A stretch of DNA of 32,000 nucleotides from Candidatus Nitrospira inopinata (lineage in GTDB: Bacteria > Nitrospirota > Nitrospiria > Nitrospirales > Nitrospiraceae). The DNA lies in contig NZ_LN885086.1 in assembly GCF_001458695.1 (NCBI RefSeq), forward strand, positions 2,670,001-2,702,000. Reading direction: 5' to 3'. How positions within the stretch are numbered: position 1 is the first letter of the stretch; every line of letters begins with the position of its first letter. The translations under genes and the position numbers were made by a program. The notes below the pieces were generated by a model, which ran no database searches, was not told the origin of the DNA, and saw nothing but the letters and a program-made list of their open reading frames with translations. Shown in pieces: positions 1-11,191 of the stretch.

Positions 1-315
1 GCTGCTTCCGCCGAACCGTCGGCGAAACCGATCATCGTCGAGGCGGAATCCCTTTCCCAGGTCCGACAGGCCCTTGCCGGAAAGACCGATATCATCCTGT
101 TGGACAATATGTCGCCCTCCCTTGTCCGTCGAGCGGTGCGCCTCATCAACGGACGGGCGATCGTGGAAGTGTCGGGAGGCGTCACCCTCAAAAACGTCCG
201 CGCCATGGCCGCAGCGGGAGCAGATCGTATCTCCATCGGCGCCTTGACCCACTCCGCTCCGGCGGCGTCGTTCAGTCTGATCCTCGCGCCGTTACGGAGC
301 CGTCGTTCTTCGTAA
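1..315 (+). CDS. nadC: nicotinate-nucleotide diphosphorylase (quinolinate phosphoribosyltransferase), C-terminal fragment; 5' end outside window
   Basis: Frame 1 is open from base 1: ...KPIIVEAESLSQVRQALAGKTDIILLDNMSP...GRAIVEVSGGVTLKNVRAMAAAGADRISIGALTHSAP. LLDNM, E.SGG and D.IS.G.LTHS are conserved C-terminal NadC motifs. Stop TAA 313-315, 3 nt before the birA ATG. Confidence 0.85.
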   Translation, partial: AASAEPSAKPIIVEAESLSQVRQALAGKTDIILLDNMSPSLVRRAVRLINGRAIVEVSGGVTLKNVRAMAAAGADRISIGALTHSAPAASFSLILAPLRSRRSS

Positions 316-318
316 ATC

Positions 319-1158
319 ATGACGTCCTCTGCACCGCTGACGCTCGATGACATTCGCAGCACCTTGGCGACCGTTCAGTTCGGACAACGGCTCTACGTGC
401 ATCACGAAGTGCCGTCGACGAACTCCGAAGCGATGGCTCTTGCCCAAGCCGGAGCGGAGCATGGCACGGTCGTGGTGGCAGAGAGTCAATCGGCCGGCAG
501 AGGGCGCCTGAGCCGTCAATGGCACTCCCCGGCGGGCGCAAACCTTTATTGCTCGGTGATCGTCAAAGACGAGGGGCGGACCGTCGGGGACTCGGAATGG
601 CTGTCTTGGATGCCGCTCGCGAGCGCATTGGCGGCGGCGGAAGCCGTGCAAGTCACCACATCAATCCCACTGTCTGTAAAGTGGCCGAATGATCTTCTGT
701 ATCAAGACCGGAAAGTCGGCGGCATTCTTTGCGAAAGTCTCCGCACACCGATTCAGGGTTCCATCGTCGTCATAGGGATCGGTCTCAATGTCAACTTGCC
801 TCAGAAGTCATTCCCCGAAGAGTTGCGACAGACGGCAACCTCTCTGTTTGAAATCTCAAAGAACTCCATCGATCGGAACCGGTTGCTCGCGCAACTCTTG
901 TATGAGTTGGAACAGGTGGTTCGTGAGTTGACAATCCATGGATCAAGCCATTTGCGGCCGGCCTACCTGAATCGCTGCTGCACGATCGGCAAACGGGTCC
1001 GCGTGATCTTGAGGGCTGAGCAAGAGATCATCGGAACGGCCGAGTCCATTTCATCGGACGGCGCGCTGCAAGTCCGTCCCCATTTCACCGCGCCGACGGG
1101 ATCGCCACATGAATTGATCGACGTCCACGCCGCGGACATCGTTCACCTCCGGGAGTAA
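319..1158 (+). CDS. birA: biotin--[acetyl-CoA-carboxylase] ligase, class I (no N-terminal HTH)
   Basis: 279 aa. GRGRLSRQWHSPAGANLY matches the biotin-protein-ligase GRGRxGRxW motif, and KWPNDLL...KVGGIL matches the core motif. Starts directly in the catalytic domain with no DNA-binding wing. ATG 319 lies 3 nt after the nadC stop. Confidence 0.9.
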   Translation: MTSSAPLTLDDIRSTLATVQFGQRLYVHHEVPSTNSEAMALAQAGAEHGTVVVAESQSAGRGRLSRQWHSPAGANLYCSVIVKDEGRTVGDSEWLSWMPLASALAAAEAVQVTTSIPLSVKWPNDLLYQDRKVGGILCESLRTPIQGSIVVIGIGLNVNLPQKSFPEELRQTATSLFEISKNSIDRNRLLAQLLYELEQVVRELTIHGSSHLRPAYLNRCCTIGKRVRVILRAEQEIIGTAESISSDGALQVRPHFTAPTGSPHELIDVHAADIVHLRE

Positions 1159-1180
1159 AACTCCGCACCGGTTTGCGGGG
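1156..1180 (-). terminator. candidate intrinsic terminator for the minus-strand reductase gene
   Basis: Read on the minus strand: CCCCGCA-AACCGG-TGCGGAG, a 7-bp stem including one G.U and a 6-nt loop, followed by TTTTA. It lies 72 nt downstream of the stop at 1253 and abuts the birA stop. There is no U-tract on the plus strand. Confidence 0.4.
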
Positions 1181-1252
1181 GAATGACGATCGCTCCCCTT
1201 TCGCGCCCGCTTTTCTTAAGCCCGCTACCGGAAAAAGCTTGGGCCTTCGCCG

Positions 1253-2437
1253 TCAACCTTGTCGAGCCTGCGAAGACCGTCCCATCCATCGGCTCAGCCG
1301 ACGAGCTGTGAAAAAACGAAACACTGATCCAGGTCGCACCAGATCACGATACTGCCTGGTTCCCGCCATCACGTCCGTGACCGTTTCACAGAGCCACTGT
1401 CCTTGTCTTGAGAAGACCCATGTCCTGACACGCGGACAGTCGTACAGGAGACGGGCCAGAATGCGGCCGACGCGGAGGTCTGGGAGAATGGCTTGGGCAA
1501 CGAGGCGACGGTAGGCGTCTTCGACGGTTTCCTCCTGCGAACGTTCGCCGATCAGGGATTCGGCCGCCAGAAGACCGCTCCTTACGGCATACGAGATTCC
1601 TTCCCCGGTGATGGGGTCGGCGAAACCGGCGGCGTCCCCGACCAGCAGGACGCGATTTTTGGCGAAGGGCCCTTTTCGCGGACGAACGGGAATGACAAAA
1701 CCGTGCCGCTCGACCGACAAAGGAGAGGTGCAGCCCAGCAGGTCCATGTAGCGAGTGATCGCAGCATGAAGCCCGTGCCGCTGCTTATCCATCGACAGGA
1801 CTCCGATCGACAGATGCCGCCGTTTGGGAAAGACCCACCCATATCCTCGTGAGATAACGTCGAAGTCGAACCGCGCCGTGCCTTCAAAACGGCGCACCCG
1901 GTCGAACGGTACAGTCACTTCGTACTCCAGCGCCGGAATGAGAACACGGCCGTCCTCCCACCCCATGGATCGCGCGACCGGACTCAGCGCTCCATCGGCG
2001 GCGACGACGAACCCCGCTCGCATCGGGCCCTTTGCGGTCATGACCGTCACGGAATCGTCATGCCGTGACAGGCTCTCGACGACGCACGACTCGTGTATCG
2101 CCGCTCCTTCCGCTTGAGCGGCAGAAAGGAGGGCCCGATCAAACTCCGACCTCATGACCATGGAGACGACCGGAACGGTTCGTTGCGTGACAAAAGACAG
2201 GCCGGAAGATACAAAATCGAGCCTCGCTCGATGACACTCTTGCTCAACAACGTGGCGGACGTCGATCGGCAATGATCGCATCGTCCGACCGACCAGTCCG
2301 CCGCCGCAGACCTTGTATCGAGGCAACGCGGCTTTTTCCAGGACGGCGACTGTCATGCCGGCCCGAGCCAACTTCCAGGCGGCGCAGGCGCCCGCCGGAC
2401 CACCGCCGATTACGATGACATCATAAAGAGGACTCAT
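1253..2437 (-). CDS. geranylgeranyl reductase family FAD-dependent oxidoreductase
   Basis: 394 aa. N-terminal Rossmann dinucleotide motif YDVIVIGGGPAGACAA..LA..G..V.VLEK, then KVCGGGL, then the GDAAGFADPITGEGI motif typical of the GGR / p-hydroxybenzoate-hydroxylase-fold family. Confidence 0.8.
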   Translation of the reverse strand: MSPLYDVIVIGGGPAGACAAWKLARAGMTVAVLEKAALPRYKVCGGGLVGRTMRSLPIDVRHVVEQECHRARLDFVSSGLSFVTQRTVPVVSMVMRSEFDRALLSAAQAEGAAIHESCVVESLSRHDDSVTVMTAKGPMRAGFVVAADGALSPVARSMGWEDGRVLIPALEYEVTVPFDRVRRFEGTARFDFDVISRGYGWVFPKRRHLSIGVLSMDKQRHGLHAAITRYMDLLGCTSPLSVERHGFVIPVRPRKGPFAKNRVLLVGDAAGFADPITGEGISYAVRSGLLAAESLIGERSQEETVEDAYRRLVAQAILPDLRVGRILARLLYDCPRVRTWVFSRQGQWLCETVTDVMAGTRQYRDLVRPGSVFRFFTARRLSRWMGRSSQARQG

Positions 2438-2510
2438 CGTCTTATTTTAGAAGAAGCCCTGTCTCAAGGCGTCACGCGACGAACGCCGCCATTTTCCACG
2501 AGCCTTGCCG

Positions 2511-2536
2511 AAAATTATGGGAAAGCGCGTTCCCCA
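2511..2536 (-). terminator. candidate intrinsic terminator after the SDR gene
   Basis: Read on the minus strand: TGGGGAA-CGCGC-TTTCCCA, a 7-bp stem with one G.U and a 5-nt loop, followed by TAATTTT. It starts about 25 nt downstream of the SDR stop (2561-2563). Confidence 0.45.
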
Positions 2537-2560
2537 TGAATCGATGAGGGAGATGGCCCT

Positions 2561-3430
2561 CTATCGCGGGAGGTTGAGCGCCCAGGTAAGCACCTTGTCG
2601 GACAGGCGATCGGGCAGGAGTTTCACCATGAGCGCGCGAAGTTTGGCGTCGGTTCCGACCAGATACCGAGTTTTAGGCCTGGCCGCCGTCAGCGCTTTTT
2701 CGACGACGCGCGCCACGATCTCGGCGGGAATCGCCCGTTCCGCCGCTCGCTCAACTACAGTTCTGACTCCCGTCACCACTTCTCGATAGAGTTCCCGCAA
2801 CTCCGGTGTCGTGTTGGCTTCCAGCTCAGCCGCCCATTTCCCGGACTTTTCCCAAATGGGGGTGGCAATGGCGCCCGGCTCGATGATAGAGACCTGAATC
2901 CCCCACTGTTGGACTTCCAAACGCAGCGCGTCGGTGATGGCCTCCAACGCAAACTTCGAGGCCGCATAGGGTCCCATGAGCGGCATGGCCCCGCGTCCCG
3001 CGATGGACCCCATGTTGATGATCCGTCCCTTGGCCCGTCGGATCAAGGGAAGAAACGTCTGAATCACCGCCACCTGGCCGATAACATTGACCTCCAATTG
3101 ACGACGCAGATCGGGAATCGGCACCGCTTCCAATGGCCCGGCGACCGCTATGCCAGCGTTATTGATAACTCCATATAATCCTTTGTTTCCGACAAACTTC
3201 TCAACCATGACATGAGCTTTCATGATCGAGGATTGGTCCATCACATCCAGAGAGATTGGAATGAGGCGCTCGGTCCCTCCTTCCTTCAAAACTTCTCCGT
3301 CCCGTTCTTTTCGCACTCCCGCAAAAACCACGAATCCGAGTCTGTCTAGGTGAAGGGCGCAGGCTGCTCCGATGCCGGTGGATGCACCCGTGATAAGGAT
3401 GGTGTTGCCTTCGTTGATCGGCTGTTTCAT
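2561..3430 (-). CDS. short-chain dehydrogenase/reductase (classical SDR)
   Basis: 289 aa. TGASTGIG cofactor motif near the N-terminus, NNAG, and the catalytic YAASK (YxxxK) with an upstream Ser (MGSIAG). Confidence 0.85.
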   Translation of the reverse strand: MKQPINEGNTILITGASTGIGAACALHLDRLGFVVFAGVRKERDGEVLKEGGTERLIPISLDVMDQSSIMKAHVMVEKFVGNKGLYGVINNAGIAVAGPLEAVPIPDLRRQLEVNVIGQVAVIQTFLPLIRRAKGRIINMGSIAGRGAMPLMGPYAASKFALEAITDALRLEVQQWGIQVSIIEPGAIATPIWEKSGKWAAELEANTTPELRELYREVVTGVRTVVERAAERAIPAEIVARVVEKALTAARPKTRYLVGTDAKLRALMVKLLPDRLSDKVLTWALNLPR

Positions 3431-3490
3431 ATCTGACTCATCAGGCCGTGGAGGGCGTTCGATGGTTTGTTCACGTCAGTCAAACTTTGT

Positions 3491-3511
3491 AAAAATTCCC
3501 GTCGTTGGGAA
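3491..3511 (-). terminator. candidate short intrinsic terminator ending the treZ-treY-small-protein unit
   Basis: Read on the minus strand: TTCCC-AACGAC-GGGAA followed by TTTTT, beginning 7 nt after the stop at 3518. The stem is only 5 bp, so this is weak. Confidence 0.3.
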
Positions 3512-3517
3512 CCACGT

Positions 3518-3940
3518 TCAATGTCTTCTCCCCGCTTCCACAGGCCGGTCGAATTCATCGGAGACCCTGCCGATAGGTCTTTTCAATCGGGTACGAATAG
3601 AATCGCCCGCTTCGGCGGCCGCCAACAACGTGGTCACGGCTCCAACCACCATGCCGACCCCCAAAGCGGCTCCTATCGCCATCGTGCTCGCCGCATCCAC
3701 ACATTGCTTCGAGGCCCATGTCTTGGCCTGGTCGGTCCGACCAAGCTGTCGTGGCGACTCACGCACCTGCTTCCTGACATCGCCTCTCATAAGACGTCCA
3801 AATCCGACGCCGGCCAGAAGGACGATACCCCCGGCAATGACGCCTCTCAGAAGCGAAACTCTCGGCTCATTGGGATGAGGACGGACAAGGGTTTCTCCGC
3901 CAAGCCATTCCGTTTCCTCTCGATTTCGTGATCGAGGCAT
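3518..3940 (-). CDS. hypothetical small membrane protein with glycine-zipper-like helices, coupled to treY
   Basis: Internal ATG at 3938-3940 lies 1 nt downstream of the treY stop (3942-3944), so I trimmed the 209-aa track ORF to 140 aa. Two hydrophobic segments: GVIAGGIVLLAGVGFG and MAIGAALGVGMVVGAVTTLLAAA (GxxxG-type). The plus-strand ORFs over the same DNA are Arg/Ser/His-rich and not protein-like. Confidence 0.45.
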   Translation of the reverse strand: MPRSRNREETEWLGGETLVRPHPNEPRVSLLRGVIAGGIVLLAGVGFGRLMRGDVRKQVRESPRQLGRTDQAKTWASKQCVDAASTMAIGAALGVGMVVGAVTTLLAAAEAGDSIRTRLKRPIGRVSDEFDRPVEAGRRH

Positions 3941-3941
3941 C

Positions 3942-6932
3942 CTACCCCTCCTTTTCCAAACAGGCGACGGGACAGTGCAAGAATACTTCCCCGGCTGAGA
4001 GCACCTGGCGCTCGCCCTGCGTGATGGTCTTGAGCCGTTCACCGGTAAACACGTTTCGGAACTTCGTGCCTTCACGCCACGCCGGTACGACCACCCAGGT
4101 CTCGCCCCAGACAGTCTCTCCCAAAGGGGGTATCCGCGGATCGGCAATCAACCCCGCCAGCAACCGGGGGATGACGGTCAACACGGTCCCTTCCGGATGG
4201 AGACGCGCAAAGGCGAACAGACGATTCGCATGAACACCCAGACACTCGAGCTTGACATACTCCCCTTCTTGAAAGATCGGAGCATGGGCGATGCGATACC
4301 GCAGGGCTTGCGCCGTCAGATAGAACTTGATGCGGCCGTCCGCTCGGTGCGTCACCAAATCTCGAACCAGCGCAAGACGATCGGCCTCCCTGTCGGCGCG
4401 CTGATCCAACTCGGCCAGCAGATCAATTCGTTTGGCAAAATCCACCGGCTTCCGATTGTCTGGATCAACGAGACTGAGGTCCCATAGTTCCGTTCCTTGA
4501 TAAAAATCCGGCACGCCGGGCGCCGTGACCTTCACTAACAATTGGGACAACGAATTGTAAACGCCGTAGCCGGCCACGACGGATTGAAACGGTAAAAAAT
4601 CGTCCAGAAAGGGATTGGACGTCGCACGATCCAACACCCGTGCGACGAACTCTTGAACCGCCTCCTCATATTCGACGTCGGGACTGATCCAACTGGTATA
4701 TTGCTTGGCTTCCTTGACGGCCTTGTTCATGTACCGTTGGATGCGCTCGACGAAGGCGCGGTATCCATCCTCGTCCATCGGCTCGAACGGCCAGGCTCCC
4801 ACCAACGTCTGATAAAACAAATATTCCTCGTTCCGCCCGGGGACCGATTCCCCTCCCACCTTTCGCTTGAACCCTCGATTCAGCTTGTGCCATCGAAGCA
4901 CATGGTCCTTCCACTGTTTTGGCATCTCCGACAACACATGCAACCTGGCTCTTACGTCCTCGCCTCGTTTGGTATCGTGCGTCGCGGTGGCGGAGAGGGA
5001 ACCCGACCAACGGTGCTGCCGCACCTTCAGATGATCGTGCATCAGCCCCGGCGTGATGCCGAACTGCCGGGGATCGCTGCCTACTTCATTGAGAGCAATA
5101 AATCGGTGAAATCGATAAAACGCCGTGTCCTCGATTCCCTTGGCCGCTACGGGGCTCGTCGTCTGCTGGAATTTCGTCACGAACCTGAGTCGCTCTTCTC
5201 CGACGACTTGGTCACGGTCGCGCGGCGCCAGCAGGAGATCACGCACAAAGTCAAAAACCAGACCGCTCATGGTGGGATTGCGCCGCTTGGCTTTGCTGAC
5301 GGCCTCCCAAATAAAGCTTCGATCCCGCGCCGGCACCTCGCCTGTCCCGCCCGTGATATAAGTCCGATAGACGGGAAAACAGGCGATAATCTCCTGAATG
5401 GCGTGGGTCAGGCTGTTGAGCGTGAAGTCTCGCGAACGGCGGTTTCGCTCTGACAGGCGATTCAATTGATAGCCGAGAACGTTCAATTCACCGGCCATGG
5501 CGGCCTGCATGATCACCTGTTTACAGTGACACGTTATTTCTTCAAACGATTCGTGTTTGCCGGTGAAACGCCTATAGATTGTGTCGAACGCCCGTTCGTT
5601 CGAACGGTCGATAAAAAGCTGATTGATCCAGCTCAAAAAATCATAGCCGGTCGTTCCATAAACCGGCCAGTTCGCCGGCAACTCCTCGCTTACCCCCAAA
5701 ATTTTTTCAACGACGACGTACAACGGACGTTCGACCTCCGGCGAACCGATTCGTAGTTCGGCATTGGCCCATCGCTGCAATTTATTCAAGTAATCGGCCG
5801 GATCGTACAATCCGTCCACGTGATCGATGCGAAGTCCCGTGACGGCGCCTTCCTTCATCAATCGAAACAGCAATCGATGCGTCTCATGGAACACGGCCGG
5901 ATCTTCCATGCGAATGGCGGCCAGCTCGTTAATGTCGAAGAATCGACGATAATTGATCTCCTCGGACGCCACCCGCCAATAGGCCACTCGATAAGCCTGA
6001 TCGTTCAAAATCGCGTCCAACGTGTCGAAGCTTCGAGGATCATCCTTGTCGCCGTTGATCAGGCGCACGTTTCCCTCGACGAACACGCGAATCGTCGAGC
6101 TGGACTCCATCAGTGTCGCAAGCCGACGCGCGATAATGCCCTTTTCACGGTACCGTTCGGCGACCAGTTCGGGATCTTGCTCAAGGCGGGACGGCAAGTG
6201 CTTCAGCGCCGTCATGATGCTCTGAAGCTCCATGAGGGCCGGATCCTCCGTCCCCAATTCTTGAATCAAAGACGGCAACCGATATCCCAAAATCAACGCC
6301 CACGTCTTGGGGGCGACCGGTAATCGATGGTCGTAATAGCGGATGCTGAAGGCCCCGGACTCATAACAAAGCCGCAACTCCTGATTCTCCAAGACCGTCC
6401 CGTACTGGTCCCCCAAGATCGGGAGCAGCACCTTGTTCCGCAACTCGGGCTTGAGCGGATTCCAATCGATGTCGAAGAACGAGGCGTATCGCGAGCTGGG
6501 ACCGTTCTCCAGCACGTCCCGCCACCAGCCGTTGATCTGTCTGGCGACGCCCATGTGATTCGACACGACGTCCAACAACTGCCCCATGCCGTGGCGGCGC
6601 AGGGCCTCGACCAACGTCCGGTAGTCTTCTTCCGTCCCAAGCTCGGGATTCAACGCCGTCGGATCGACGACGTCGTACCCGTGGGGACTCCCCGGCACGG
6701 CGGTGAAATAGGGTGAACAGTAGAGATCCGTGATCCCGAGACCGTGCAAATACGGCACGATGCGGGCCGCGTCCAGAAAGGTGCACCGTTGATTCAGTTG
6801 AACCCGATACGTGGAGACGGGAACACGCGGATGAGAAACGGATGGCGGAGCATGATCAAGCCGTCGGCCGTTCGGCTCACCGGCCTGATGGTTCCCCGAG
6901 TCATCACGTTGACTTTGCAGTGGCGCCGTCAC
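3942..6932 (-). CDS. treY: malto-oligosyltrehalose synthase
   Basis: 996 aa. [42 protein letters not shown] is the characteristic TreY N-terminus, and the length fits the family. GTG start at 6932 is the only in-frame start upstream of the conserved block, giving a ~40-aa leader. Confidence 0.92.
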   Translation of the reverse strand: MTAPLQSQRDDSGNHQAGEPNGRRLDHAPPSVSHPRVPVSTYRVQLNQRCTFLDAARIVPYLHGLGITDLYCSPYFTAVPGSPHGYDVVDPTALNPELGTEEDYRTLVEALRRHGMGQLLDVVSNHMGVARQINGWWRDVLENGPSSRYASFFDIDWNPLKPELRNKVLLPILGDQYGTVLENQELRLCYESGAFSIRYYDHRLPVAPKTWALILGYRLPSLIQELGTEDPALMELQSIMTALKHLPSRLEQDPELVAERYREKGIIARRLATLMESSSTIRVFVEGNVRLINGDKDDPRSFDTLDAILNDQAYRVAYWRVASEEINYRRFFDINELAAIRMEDPAVFHETHRLLFRLMKEGAVTGLRIDHVDGLYDPADYLNKLQRWANAELRIGSPEVERPLYVVVEKILGVSEELPANWPVYGTTGYDFLSWINQLFIDRSNERAFDTIYRRFTGKHESFEEITCHCKQVIMQAAMAGELNVLGYQLNRLSERNRRSRDFTLNSLTHAIQEIIACFPVYRTYITGGTGEVPARDRSFIWEAVSKAKRRNPTMSGLVFDFVRDLLLAPRDRDQVVGEERLRFVTKFQQTTSPVAAKGIEDTAFYRFHRFIALNEVGSDPRQFGITPGLMHDHLKVRQHRWSGSLSATATHDTKRGEDVRARLHVLSEMPKQWKDHVLRWHKLNRGFKRKVGGESVPGRNEEYLFYQTLVGAWPFEPMDEDGYRAFVERIQRYMNKAVKEAKQYTSWISPDVEYEEAVQEFVARVLDRATSNPFLDDFLPFQSVVAGYGVYNSLSQLLVKVTAPGVPDFYQGTELWDLSLVDPDNRKPVDFAKRIDLLAELDQRADREADRLALVRDLVTHRADGRIKFYLTAQALRYRIAHAPIFQEGEYVKLECLGVHANRLFAFARLHPEGTVLTVIPRLLAGLIADPRIPPLGETVWGETWVVVPAWREGTKFRNVFTGERLKTITQGERQVLSAGEVFLHCPVACLEKEG

Positions 6933-7037
6933 GATATCGACTATGTCAGACTCGGCGGGCTTCGATCAATGGAAGAAACTGGCGGCAGGGCGAGAGCGGC
7001 GTCGATTCCCCGTCGCTCACGATGGACCGAGACCGCC

Positions 7038-8924
7038 TCACCGTACCGGAAACGACGTTTCATCTGCAAACACAGCCGCCGCGTAGGGCGGGATCGTCAA
7101 CGAGAATCCTCGCCCGTCGATCGTCAGTTCCGGCGGCAACGGATCTTCTTCTCGTCCCCCAAAGTCAGCCGATCCCGCATCGAGTCGTTTGTACCAACGT
7201 CCCACTGGAGCCGTCAGTGTCAGCTTCACCGGCGCACGGTTAAAGCCGCACACGAGCAACGTTTCGCCTCGGTCCTTCGACCGACGATGCAGCAGCAAGA
7301 CCCGATCGGCTTCAAATTCTTGGACCTCGTGGCGCAGACTTTCGTTATCGCCGGCTCCCAACGACGGAACGGTCCTACGCAGTTCGATCAATGCCTTGGT
7401 CCATCGAAGCAGGTCTTTCTGCCGTTCGGTATGCCGTTCCCAATCAAGCTTGGACCGTTCAAACGTCTCAACCGCCTGCGGATCGGCGATCTCCTCGGGT
7501 TTCCATCCGAAGTGGGCGAATTCCCGACGTCGGCCTTGCCGCACCGCTTCGACCAGCACGGAATCCCCATGTTCGATGAAATAGTGAAACGGGGTTGTTT
7601 CGCCGTATTCTTCCCCCATAAACAACAGCGGGATATTCGGAGCCAGGAGCACCAAGGCGCGGGTGACGAACAAGGCTTCCATGGGAAGAAGGGCGCTCAG
7701 CCGATCCCCCACGGCGCGGTTTCCGATCTGATCGTGATTCTGAGCAAACACGATGAATTGCGACGGGCGGCAATGGCGGGAAGAGCTCCCGTGCCGGCGC
7801 CGGCGATAGAGTGAATAGCCTCCCTGATGGACGAACCCCTCCCGCACGGTGTTCGCGAGATCCTTCAGATCATGAAAATCTTGATAGTAGCCGGTTCGTT
7901 CTCCCGTCAAAACCACGTGAAGCGCATGGTGAAAATCGTCGTTCCATTGTCCGTCCAGACCAAAACCCCCGACAGTCGGTGGATCAATGAGCCTGGTATC
8001 ATTTGAATCACTCTCAGCCATGACGAGCACGCGCCGATCGAGCCGCTCGGCTTGGGCATGAACGGCCGCCGCCATGTCTTTCAGAATGTGACTCGGGCTG
8101 AAATCATAGATACCGTGCACGGCGTCCAGCCGAAGACCGTCGATGTGATATTCCGTCACCCAGTAGAGCGCGTTGCTGATGAAATAGTGTCGTACTGGAT
8201 CACTGTCCGGCCCGTCGTAATTGATGGCGGCTCCCCAGGGAGTTTTATACCGATCGGTAAAGTACGGGCCGAAATCGGCCAGGTAGTTACCTTCCGGCCC
8301 AAGATGGTTGTACACCACGTCGAGCATGACGGCCATTCCCATTGCGTGGCAGGCATCCACAAGCCGTTTCAATCCTCCCGGCCCTCCGTAACTTGCCTGG
8401 ACGGCGAACGGATAGGTCCCGTCATAGCCCCAATTCCGACGACCGGGAAACTGCGCCACCGGCATCAGCTCAATGGCCGTCACCCCCACCGTCTCCTTGA
8501 GATAGGGCAAACGAGGGATGATCGCCTCGAATGTGCCTTCAGAGGTGAAGGTTCCGACATGGAGTTCATAGATGATCAAGTCTTCCATGGGAAGTCCGCG
8601 CCATGTGCGGTCCGTCCATGGAAACGCGTCGGGATCCACCACGGCGGACAGCCCATGCACTCCGTCCGGTTGAAAGCGAGAGGCCGGATCGGGACGCTCC
8701 ATCGTGCCGTCAAGGAGATAGCGATAGCGGGTCCCTGCGGCGACACCGGCTACGGCGGCCTGAAAGTAGCCGTCTCCTTCGGACTGCATCGGCACCGTGT
8801 TCGGATCTCCGTCCAGGAATCGAATTGCCACGGACGAGGCGCGTGGGGCCCACACACGAAACCGCGTCAAGTCCAGGCCCGTCCGATTCGCGCCGATATC
8901 AAGCGACCAATCATGTCTCGACAT
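7038..8924 (-). CDS. treZ: malto-oligosyltrehalose trehalohydrolase
   Basis: GH13 enzyme with an N-terminal E-set domain ([17 protein letters not shown]). Conserved regions: [36 protein letters not shown] placed the start at ATG 8922-8924 (MSRHDW...). A TTG at 8954 would add 10 aa. Confidence 0.9.
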   Translation of the reverse strand: MSRHDWSLDIGANRTGLDLTRFRVWAPRASSVAIRFLDGDPNTVPMQSEGDGYFQAAVAGVAAGTRYRYLLDGTMERPDPASRFQPDGVHGLSAVVDPDAFPWTDRTWRGLPMEDLIIYELHVGTFTSEGTFEAIIPRLPYLKETVGVTAIELMPVAQFPGRRNWGYDGTYPFAVQASYGGPGGLKRLVDACHAMGMAVMLDVVYNHLGPEGNYLADFGPYFTDRYKTPWGAAINYDGPDSDPVRHYFISNALYWVTEYHIDGLRLDAVHGIYDFSPSHILKDMAAAVHAQAERLDRRVLVMAESDSNDTRLIDPPTVGGFGLDGQWNDDFHHALHVVLTGERTGYYQDFHDLKDLANTVREGFVHQGGYSLYRRRRHGSSSRHCRPSQFIVFAQNHDQIGNRAVGDRLSALLPMEALFVTRALVLLAPNIPLLFMGEEYGETTPFHYFIEHGDSVLVEAVRQGRRREFAHFGWKPEEIADPQAVETFERSKLDWERHTERQKDLLRWTKALIELRRTVPSLGAGDNESLRHEVQEFEADRVLLLHRRSKDRGETLLVCGFNRAPVKLTLTAPVGRWYKRLDAGSADFGGREEDPLPPELTIDGRGFSLTIPPYAAAVFADETSFPVR

Positions 8925-9036
8925 GAGCGGCTCACGTTTTTGCACGGCAAGCAATAGTGACCCGGCGTCTTGTGGGCGACGGCGGCGGCATATTATACAT
9001 ACAACAAACCATGAATCGCCGTTTTCAGAAAAAACA

Positions 9037-11169
9037 ATGAGAGTGTGGCCAGGAAAACCCTACCCGCTCGGCGCCACGTGGGACGGGCAAGGAGTCAACT
9101 TCGCGTTGTTTTCCGAACACGCCACGGCCGTCGACCTTTGCTTATTCGACGGCCCCAAGCATGCGAAGGAATCTCTGCGTATTCGGTTGGAAGAACGCAC
9201 CGACCAAATTTGGCACGTCTATATTCCGGGGCTCTGGCCTGGCCAACATTACGGCTATCGAGTCCACGGCCCGTACGCGCCGGAAGAAGGCCATCGTTTC
9301 AATCCGGCGAAGCTGTTGATCGATCCCTACGCCAAATCCATCGCCGGAACGATCGAGTGGTCCGACGCGATGTTCGGCTACCGGATCGGCGATCCCCAAG
9401 CCGACCTGTCGATCGACCAGCGGGACAACGCCGCGAATGTTCCCAAATGCGTCGTCATCGACCCGGCCTTTTCATGGGGCGGCGATACACAACTGAAGAC
9501 GCCCTGGGACAAGACCATCATTTATGAGCTGCACGTGAAAGGCTTCACGGCGCGGCATCCGAACGTGCCGGAATCCATGCGCGGCACCTACGCGGCATTG
9601 ACGACTCCGGCCGTGTTGGATTATTTGCTCGATCTCGGTATTACGGCCGTCGAACTGTTGCCGGTCCATCATTTCGTCCGCGATCGACACCTGGCGGAAC
9701 GCGGACTGACGAACTATTGGGGGTACAACACGATCGGTTTCTTCGCGCCGGACATTCGCTACGCGGTTTCTCCCGTCGACGCCCACCATGTGCGTGAATT
9801 CAAAACCATGGTCAAGACGCTGCACAGCGCCGGGATCGAAGTCATTTTGGACGTCGTGTACAACCACACCGCGGAAGGCAATCACTTGGGCCCCACGTTG
9901 TCGTTTCGCGGGATCGACAACCTGTCCTATTACCGTCTTGTCGCCGACAACCGGCGGTTCTATATGGACTATACTGGTTGCGGGAACACCCTCAACGTCA
10001 CGCATCCTCGGACGCTGCAACTCATCATGGACAGTTTGCGCTATTGGGTGGTAGATATGCATGTGGACGGGTTTCGCTTTGACCTCGCGTCCGCCCTTGC
10101 GCGCGAGCTGCACGCCGTCGATCGGTTGAGCGCCTTTTTCGACATTCTGCATCAAGATCCCATTCTCTCCCAGGTCAAACTCATCGCCGAACCATGGGAC
10201 GTCGGCGAAGGCGGGTATCAAGTGGGCAACTTTCCGGTCGGCTGGGCCGAATGGAACGGCAAATACCGCGATACCATTCGACGGTACCTCAAAGGAGACG
10301 GAGGGCAGGTCGGGGAATTGGCCTATCGCCTCACCGGCAGCAGCGATCTGTACGAGGCCAGCGGCCGTCGGCCGTTCGCCAGCATCAATTTCGTGACGGC
10401 GCACGATGGATTCACGCTGCACGATCTGGTGTCCTACAACCACAAGCACAATGACGCCAACGGCGAGGACAACCGCGACGGCACCGACGACAACCTCAGT
10501 TGGAACTGCGGAGCGGAAGGGCCGACGAACGATCCGGCCATCAAGGAGCTGCGCGAGCGGCAAAAGCGGAACTTCCTCGCCCTCCTCCTGCTCTCCCAGG
10601 GAGTTCCGATGCTTTGCGGGGGCGACGAAATCGGCCGCACCCAGCACGGCAACAACAACGCGTATTGTCAAGACAACGACGTCAGTTGGTACGATTGGAA
10701 ACTGGACGCGACGAAGCGGGACCTCCTGTCCTTCGTGCGCAACCTGATCGCTTTCCGCAAACGACATCCGGTCTTGCGGCGGCGACGTTTTTTTCAGGGA
10801 CGTCGGCTCCGTGGTTCCGAAGTCAAAGACCTCTCCTGGTTCAGGCCGGACGGTAAAGAAATGACCGACGAGGATTGGAACGCCGGCTATGTGAAATCGC
10901 TCGCGCTTCGACTGGCCGGAGACGCGATCAGCGAAACCGACGAAAAAGGACGTCCCATTGTCGACGATACCATCCTGGTCCTGTTAAACGCCCATCATGA
11001 ACCGCTCGCGTTCACGCTTCCCGCTCACAAACGGGGGGTCCGTTGGCGCCCCGTCTTCGACACGTCCGCTCAGCCGAACGCCAAAAATTCCGTCGTCGTG
11101 TTCAAGGGAGGGGAGCGGTACGATCTGCAAGGCCGATCGATCGCCGTCCTGCGACTCGGCGATCAATAG
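9037..11169 (+). CDS. glgX: glycogen debranching enzyme GlgX/TreX (isoamylase-type GH13)
   Basis: [29 protein letters not shown] is the canonical GlgX N-terminus. Also [22 protein letters not shown] and [11 protein letters not shown] trimmed the track ORF start (8797), because that extension is antisense to treZ and not GlgX-like. Confidence 0.9.
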   Translation: MRVWPGKPYPLGATWDGQGVNFALFSEHATAVDLCLFDGPKHAKESLRIRLEERTDQIWHVYIPGLWPGQHYGYRVHGPYAPEEGHRFNPAKLLIDPYAKSIAGTIEWSDAMFGYRIGDPQADLSIDQRDNAANVPKCVVIDPAFSWGGDTQLKTPWDKTIIYELHVKGFTARHPNVPESMRGTYAALTTPAVLDYLLDLGITAVELLPVHHFVRDRHLAERGLTNYWGYNTIGFFAPDIRYAVSPVDAHHVREFKTMVKTLHSAGIEVILDVVYNHTAEGNHLGPTLSFRGIDNLSYYRLVADNRRFYMDYTGCGNTLNVTHPRTLQLIMDSLRYWVVDMHVDGFRFDLASALARELHAVDRLSAFFDILHQDPILSQVKLIAEPWDVGEGGYQVGNFPVGWAEWNGKYRDTIRRYLKGDGGQVGELAYRLTGSSDLYEASGRRPFASINFVTAHDGFTLHDLVSYNHKHNDANGEDNRDGTDDNLSWNCGAEGPTNDPAIKELRERQKRNFLALLLLSQGVPMLCGGDEIGRTQHGNNNAYCQDNDVSWYDWKLDATKRDLLSFVRNLIAFRKRHPVLRRRRFFQGRRLRGSEVKDLSWFRPDGKEMTDEDWNAGYVKSLALRLAGDAISETDEKGRPIVDDTILVLLNAHHEPLAFTLPAHKRGVRWRPVFDTSAQPNAKNSVVVFKGGERYDLQGRSIAVLRLGDQ

Positions 11170-11191
11170 CAATCCGCGTTTCTTGCCGCTC

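Noticed and set aside
3372-3931. Plus-strand ORFs of 168 aa and 154 aa between the SDR and treY genes.
   Set aside because: Their composition is Arg/Ser/His/Pro-rich with no SD or motifs. The minus-strand frame gives a plausible two-TM protein whose ATG sits 1 nt after the treY stop, so I preferred the minus-strand call.
8797-9036. An 80-aa upstream extension of glgX starting at 8797.
   Set aside because: It overlaps the treZ 5' end on the opposite strand. The canonical GlgX N-terminus ([17 protein letters not shown]) starts at ATG 9037.
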